A stretch of 63,682 nt of DNA, filler included, from Octopus bimaculoides (taxonomy: Eukaryota): assembly GCF_001194135.2 (NCBI RefSeq). It is 6 parts of 6 records of this genome, joined end to end, with 100 filler letters (N's around TTAATTAATTAA, not from the genome) between each part and the next. Parts side by side here need not be neighbours in the genome. Positions count along the whole stretch, not along the records: positions 54,068 to 62,485 come from NC_068981.1; positions 62,586 to 63,682 come from NW_026337808.1; 4 more parts are not named here. The stretch is one strand, 5' to 3'. The translations under genes were made by a program, and so were the position numbers. Positions 59,590-63,682 of the stretch are shown in pieces. Every line of letters begins with the position of its first letter. The stretch's first letter is position 1. The notes beneath the pieces were generated by a model. That model worked only from the letters and a program-made list of their open reading frames with translations, was not told the DNA's origin and ran no database searches.

Positions 59590-59770
59590 AGACACAAGGC
59601 TTAAAGTTTGGGAGTGGCAGAGGGTAATCAAGTACACCAACCCCAGTACTTGACTGATTCTTTATGTGATTGATTCCAGAAGGATAAATGACAAAGTTGA
59701 TCTTAGTGGAATTGGAACAAATACCGCAAAACTTTCTTGCCTGATACTCTAACGATTCTGCCTGCTCGCT
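59590..59770 (-). mobile_element. SINE family B, degenerate
   Basis: cacaaggcttaaagttt tail; gacaaagttgatc core; ctaacgattctgcctgctcgc head. Confidence 0.7.
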
Positions 59771-59917
59771 GTCTTCATAGGACCGAAATAAACAGTGGAT
59801 GAAAAAATTATTGTTACGTAAACCGTGGAAGTGACACAAACAAGCGCTTCTTCATCTAAGAATGTATTTCCACATTCAATGTCAGGTTCGAGGAAAAGTA
59901 GAGCCTAAGATCCTTTA

Positions 59918-60230
59918 CAACGGTGATTTTCAACCATTTTTTTTATTTATACACTCCTTTGATTACTGTATTATTTCAGTGGATCACTATAGCCATTCGA
60001 TATTTAAACACTAGTTTTGTACATACTTCTTTCAAAATTCCAGTTTTGTTTTTCCCACATTATGTAGTTTGGACTATGTAAAACGTTAAAGAAAAAAACT
60101 GAGCTGATTCTTGCAATAACTACATGAAAGCTATTTCGTGGACACTTAATGTACTACCATAGATCTCCAATTTACTATTTTACTTGCATGGACCCCCCAA
60201 AATCTTATATGGATCCGCAGGGGTTAGCCT
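59918..60230. mobile_element. Degenerate hAT/Charlie-like MITE remnant
   Basis: cggtgattttcaaccattttt start and atggacccccc..atggatccgcagggtt end. Confidence 0.3.
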
Positions 60231-60309
60231 GAATGCTTGCAACAGAGTTAATTCTGCTAAAGACATTCAGTGTACTTATTTGATGGTGATATTAAACTGG
60301 GTGACGGAT

Positions 60310-60835
60310 CAAGTCTACTACTCAAGTAGGTAACAGCCGTATTTGAACTCGGAATGCAAAGTACAGGAACAAATGCTGCAGAGCATCCTGTCTAACGTTC
60401 TTACAGTTCTGCTAATCCACTGTCTTAGATTAGTAGCTTTCTTTATCGACCTCGAAAGGATGACAAGCAAAGTTGACCTCGGTGAAATTTGAACGCAGTG
60501 AGCCGAAACAAATACTGCGAAGCATTTTATCCGAAGTTCTAGCAACTACTAATTCGCTGCCTGTTTATTAAAATCCCCAGTACAAACGGTACTCTAATAA
60601 TGTATGTAGGGCAGCAAGCTGGTACAGGGCGGTGAGCTAGTAGAATCGTTAGCACATCGAACAAAATGCTTACCGGCATTTTGTCTGTCATATTCCGCCG
60701 AGGTTGACTTTGTCTTTCATTTTTCGGGGGTCAATAAAATAAGTACCAGATGATCACTGGGGTCGATGTAATCGACTTATCCCTTGCTCCAAAATTGCTG
60801 GCCTTTTACAATATATCATTAGTTTTTGAAACCAA
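60310..60835. mobile_element. Cluster of SINE family B fragments (two minus, one plus at 60608-60835)
   Basis: caaagttgacctcggtgaaatttgaac; gggcggtgagctagtagaatcgttagcac...ggggtcgatgtaatcgac. Confidence 0.7.
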
Positions 60836-61949
60836 TGATATATTTGACTCTTAGTTTTATCCAAAGGCCTAGGTCTACTGAGATGAAATATAGCGATTAG
60901 TATGTTTTGTTTTGACATAATGATATATATTGAAATTGATCTGTGTGAATGTCACTATTAGATATAATATCTAGTAACAGAAATCTTTACACCGAAAGTA
61001 GATATAAGTAGAATTCGTATATGTTTATGTTTTATGTAAAAATGAATAGTTATTTCGAAACAAACTGGAGGTTTTATAATTCGAAGCCCATACATCAAAT
61101 GTACTTTAGAACAACACTAAGCAAAATTATGAGGTTATTCTTTTGACGATTGATAGAGAAAATCAAAACTTTAATTCATGTGGAATCTTATGTTCAGATA
61201 TCTAAAACTATACAGTTATGACTATCAGACAAGAAGGTGATAGGATAGATAGATATTAACACAAACAAACATAAGTATAAAGACAAATAGATTGATAACT
61301 AGACAGGAAGAATAACAGATAGGTAGATAAATAGACAAATGCACATATACATACATACATACAAACAAGCATGAGTACATACGTACATACATACATACCC
61401 CACCATATATATTTATATATATACACATCGACGAACAGTTGCTATTATTTTAATTGTAGACTTATTATATCTAGCCAGGCATAGCAATAACCGTAGATGC
61501 AGGTATACCCTTAGGCGCATACACTGCCATAGCTACAGGCATAATCGTATTAGTCAGGAATTTCGCTTTAATACCAAGTAGTTCTGTGCTGAATCCAACA
61601 GCGAAGGACATTAGTTAATACTTCAGCTGCCCACAGTAATTACTAACCTTCTGCAAAAAAAGTCAGGTGAAACTTATTAAAGAATACTAAACTCATATCT
61701 AGATCGGTGCCGCTGCTACCAGGCACCGATGGAACCCAAACGAAAGGCCAATCGACAGGTTAGTATGAAGACACTCAGTACCACACTCCAGCCTCTGGTT
61801 CATGAACGCTTTGCCTCTTCTCTTTGTCTTGTCAGCTGTAACTATAATGGCCTCTGCTTCGCAGACCTAGTTGGTCTCGTACCACCACCACTTACGCCGT
61901 TCCCATTTACTCATTTCTCTCTTTTTCTCATAATTCAACCCCACCCCAG

Positions 61950-62028
61950 CCCACTGCGAAAAGCTTTGCGCTAACCACTGCGACCAGTTCTTCTTCTTCG
62001 GAATGTCGTTCTTCCGGATTCCTAATAC
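61950..62028 (+). CDS. Putative 79-nt exon (HCEKLCANHCDQFFFFGMSFFRIPN or PTAKSFALTTATSSSSSECRSSGFLI)
   Basis: Long pyrimidine tract ending ccccag; AC|GTACGT donor; two open frames; unique, more GC-rich context. Confidence 0.4.
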
Positions 62029-62274
62029 GTACGTGTTTTCAACGTAGATGTGGATTTGAAAGTGTGAACGAGGAGCGTTTTGCGTTTCGATTTCACCAGT
62101 TTGGGAGGACATTTGAAGGTCATGGGTACAAGCCCTTTCCCATGACTTAATCAAACGACAATTTATTTTACTGGGGCTTTAGGAAAGGAATTTGATTGAT
62201 GGAGTCACTGTGTAAGCCAGTTGTGTGTGTGTGTGTGTGTGTGCTTATGGATTTGGTGATGGCATGTTTGTGAT

Positions 62275-62324
<50 letters not shown>

Positions 62325-62485
62325 AGATACAAACAATTAACTTTCCTTACATATAAACATAAACAAGTTAGTGAATGTATTTATCTCAACATAACGGAAT
62401 CGGCAAAATACTATCAATTTATAAAGAGATACGAATAACCATGTGAATTTACAGATATAAATATGTATACATTAATAGTGATAGA

Positions 62486-62585
62486 NNNNNNNNNNNNNNN
62501 NNNNNNNNNNNNNNNNNNNNNNNNNNNNNTTAATTAATTAANNNNNNNNNNNNNNNNNNNNNNNNNNNNNNNNNNNNNNNNNNNN
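62486..62585. other. Artificial assembly spacer 44N-TTAATTAATTAA-44N
   Basis: Exactly 100 bp. Confidence 0.95.
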
Positions 62586-62986
62586 CTCCAGCATGGCTGC
62601 AGTCAAATGATTGAAACAAATAAAAGAATATATATAGACAGAAGTGTGTTTATGTCTGTGTGTGTGTGTGCATATATATGTATACACACCACGAGTATGC
62701 TTGTCTCCCTGTAGGTGTGTGTGTGTGTGTCTGTCTGTTTGTCGAGTGCCCTTCGATGTATCGTCAGACTCGGCGAGTGTCGTCTGACTCAGCCAAATCC
62801 GCTGTTCTTATCTGCCTCCTGTTCCCCCCTCCTCTTCTCATTCTCCTTTCTATCCCTCTCTGTACCTCCTCTCACCGCAACAAACCAGCCAACCAGCCAG
62901 CCAGCCAACATCCTGGACGCCTTTACATGGTCGTTCTGCCTGCTAAAAACAGCAGTCAAGTGGATATATTATGCAGTCCTTCATAG

Positions 62987-63037
62987 CTATCAGTGACAAA
63001 GATGTAATGGTCGTGGCTGGAAAGTCTTGGATTAAAG
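62987..63037 (+). CDS. Possible 51-nt exon (ISDKDVMVVAGKSWIK)
   Basis: gtccttcatag acceptor, AAG|GTTTGC donor, phase 1 to 1. Confidence 0.22.
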
Positions 63038-63651
63038 GTTTGCTCAATCGTGCTTTACTTGTGGCTCAACACCAATAGTAACCAGCAACCAGGGATCTTT
63101 TCAAACCACCTCAACTAGCTCACAACTACAAGTCATCACACAACCACCACAGCGTCCACAACCATCCCACAACAACCACTTGACAACTGCGTGCACAACC
63201 AGAACCACCACCACCACCGGCATCAGCACCGCCACCATCACCAGTATCACCATCAAAATCGCTACCACTATCTTCGCCATCATAATGTTCATCATTATCA
63301 TCATCAATAAACAAACACATCATCTCCTATCCCACATCGCCCAACCCCACTGTCATGACATTTCAGCGGCCATTACTCACTCAGTAAAGCTCCTCTGTGA
63401 TAACCCACATCCCCGCCCCAACCTCTCTCTCTCTCCCTCTCCTACATGGTTGAACAACTTGCTAGGGGAAAAGAAAGAACGATGCCTACATGTTTCAACA
63501 ACGGTCTCCTTCCGTTAACGATTCTGTCCACTTCACTGCAGAACTATTCTCTTCACGCTCTCTTTACCATATGGCTCGAAACTTCTAGCTTTCTATCTCT
63601 CACAACCCTTTCAATTATCTATCTATCTACCCATCTATCTATCCATTTATC

Positions 63652-63682
<31 letters not shown>

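Noticed and set aside
61867-62154. 95-aa minus-strand ORF
   Set aside because: No homology cue; splice signals favour the opposite strand.

Overview
AT-rich animal genomic DNA from a fragmented short-read assembly. About 8 kb is N, mostly flanked by (TA)n/(CA)n/(GATA)n/(TATG)n microsatellites, and five gaps are artificial 44N-TTAATTAATTAA-44N spacers. The repeat complement looks like a coleoid cephalopod, most likely Octopus; this is inferred from recognising the SINE families, not from a database search. No intact long ORF exists, and most ORF-track entries are microsatellite or N read-throughs. There is no rRNA, CRISPR or prokaryotic feature. The window is mainly intronic/intergenic and packed with decayed mobile DNA: seven mariner remnants (one full-length with both TIRs), a Tc1 fragment, hAT MITEs, a solo LTR, 3' ends of R4/Dong, Tx1/L1 and RTE LINEs, a Penelope-like GIY-YIG fragment, three tRNA-derived SINE families and two tRNA pseudogenes. 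Short exon candidates occur on both strands. A phase-compatible minus-strand chain (55.7, 44.6, 16.4, 4.1, 2.9 kb) loosely resembles an endonuclease/exonuclease/phosphatase (EEP) fold, and a plus-strand chain is of unresolved coding status. The most interesting signals are: a ~190-bp near-perfect palindrome carrying two divergent minimal hammerhead ribozymes (18.4-18.6 kb); repeated insertion of one SINE subfamily at the same site in the tRNA-like head of related SINEs (33.8 and 43.7 kb); and a 17-bp minisatellite born from a Tc1 transposase HTH coding segment (46.2 kb). All family assignments were made by eye; coordinates of decayed repeats are approximate.
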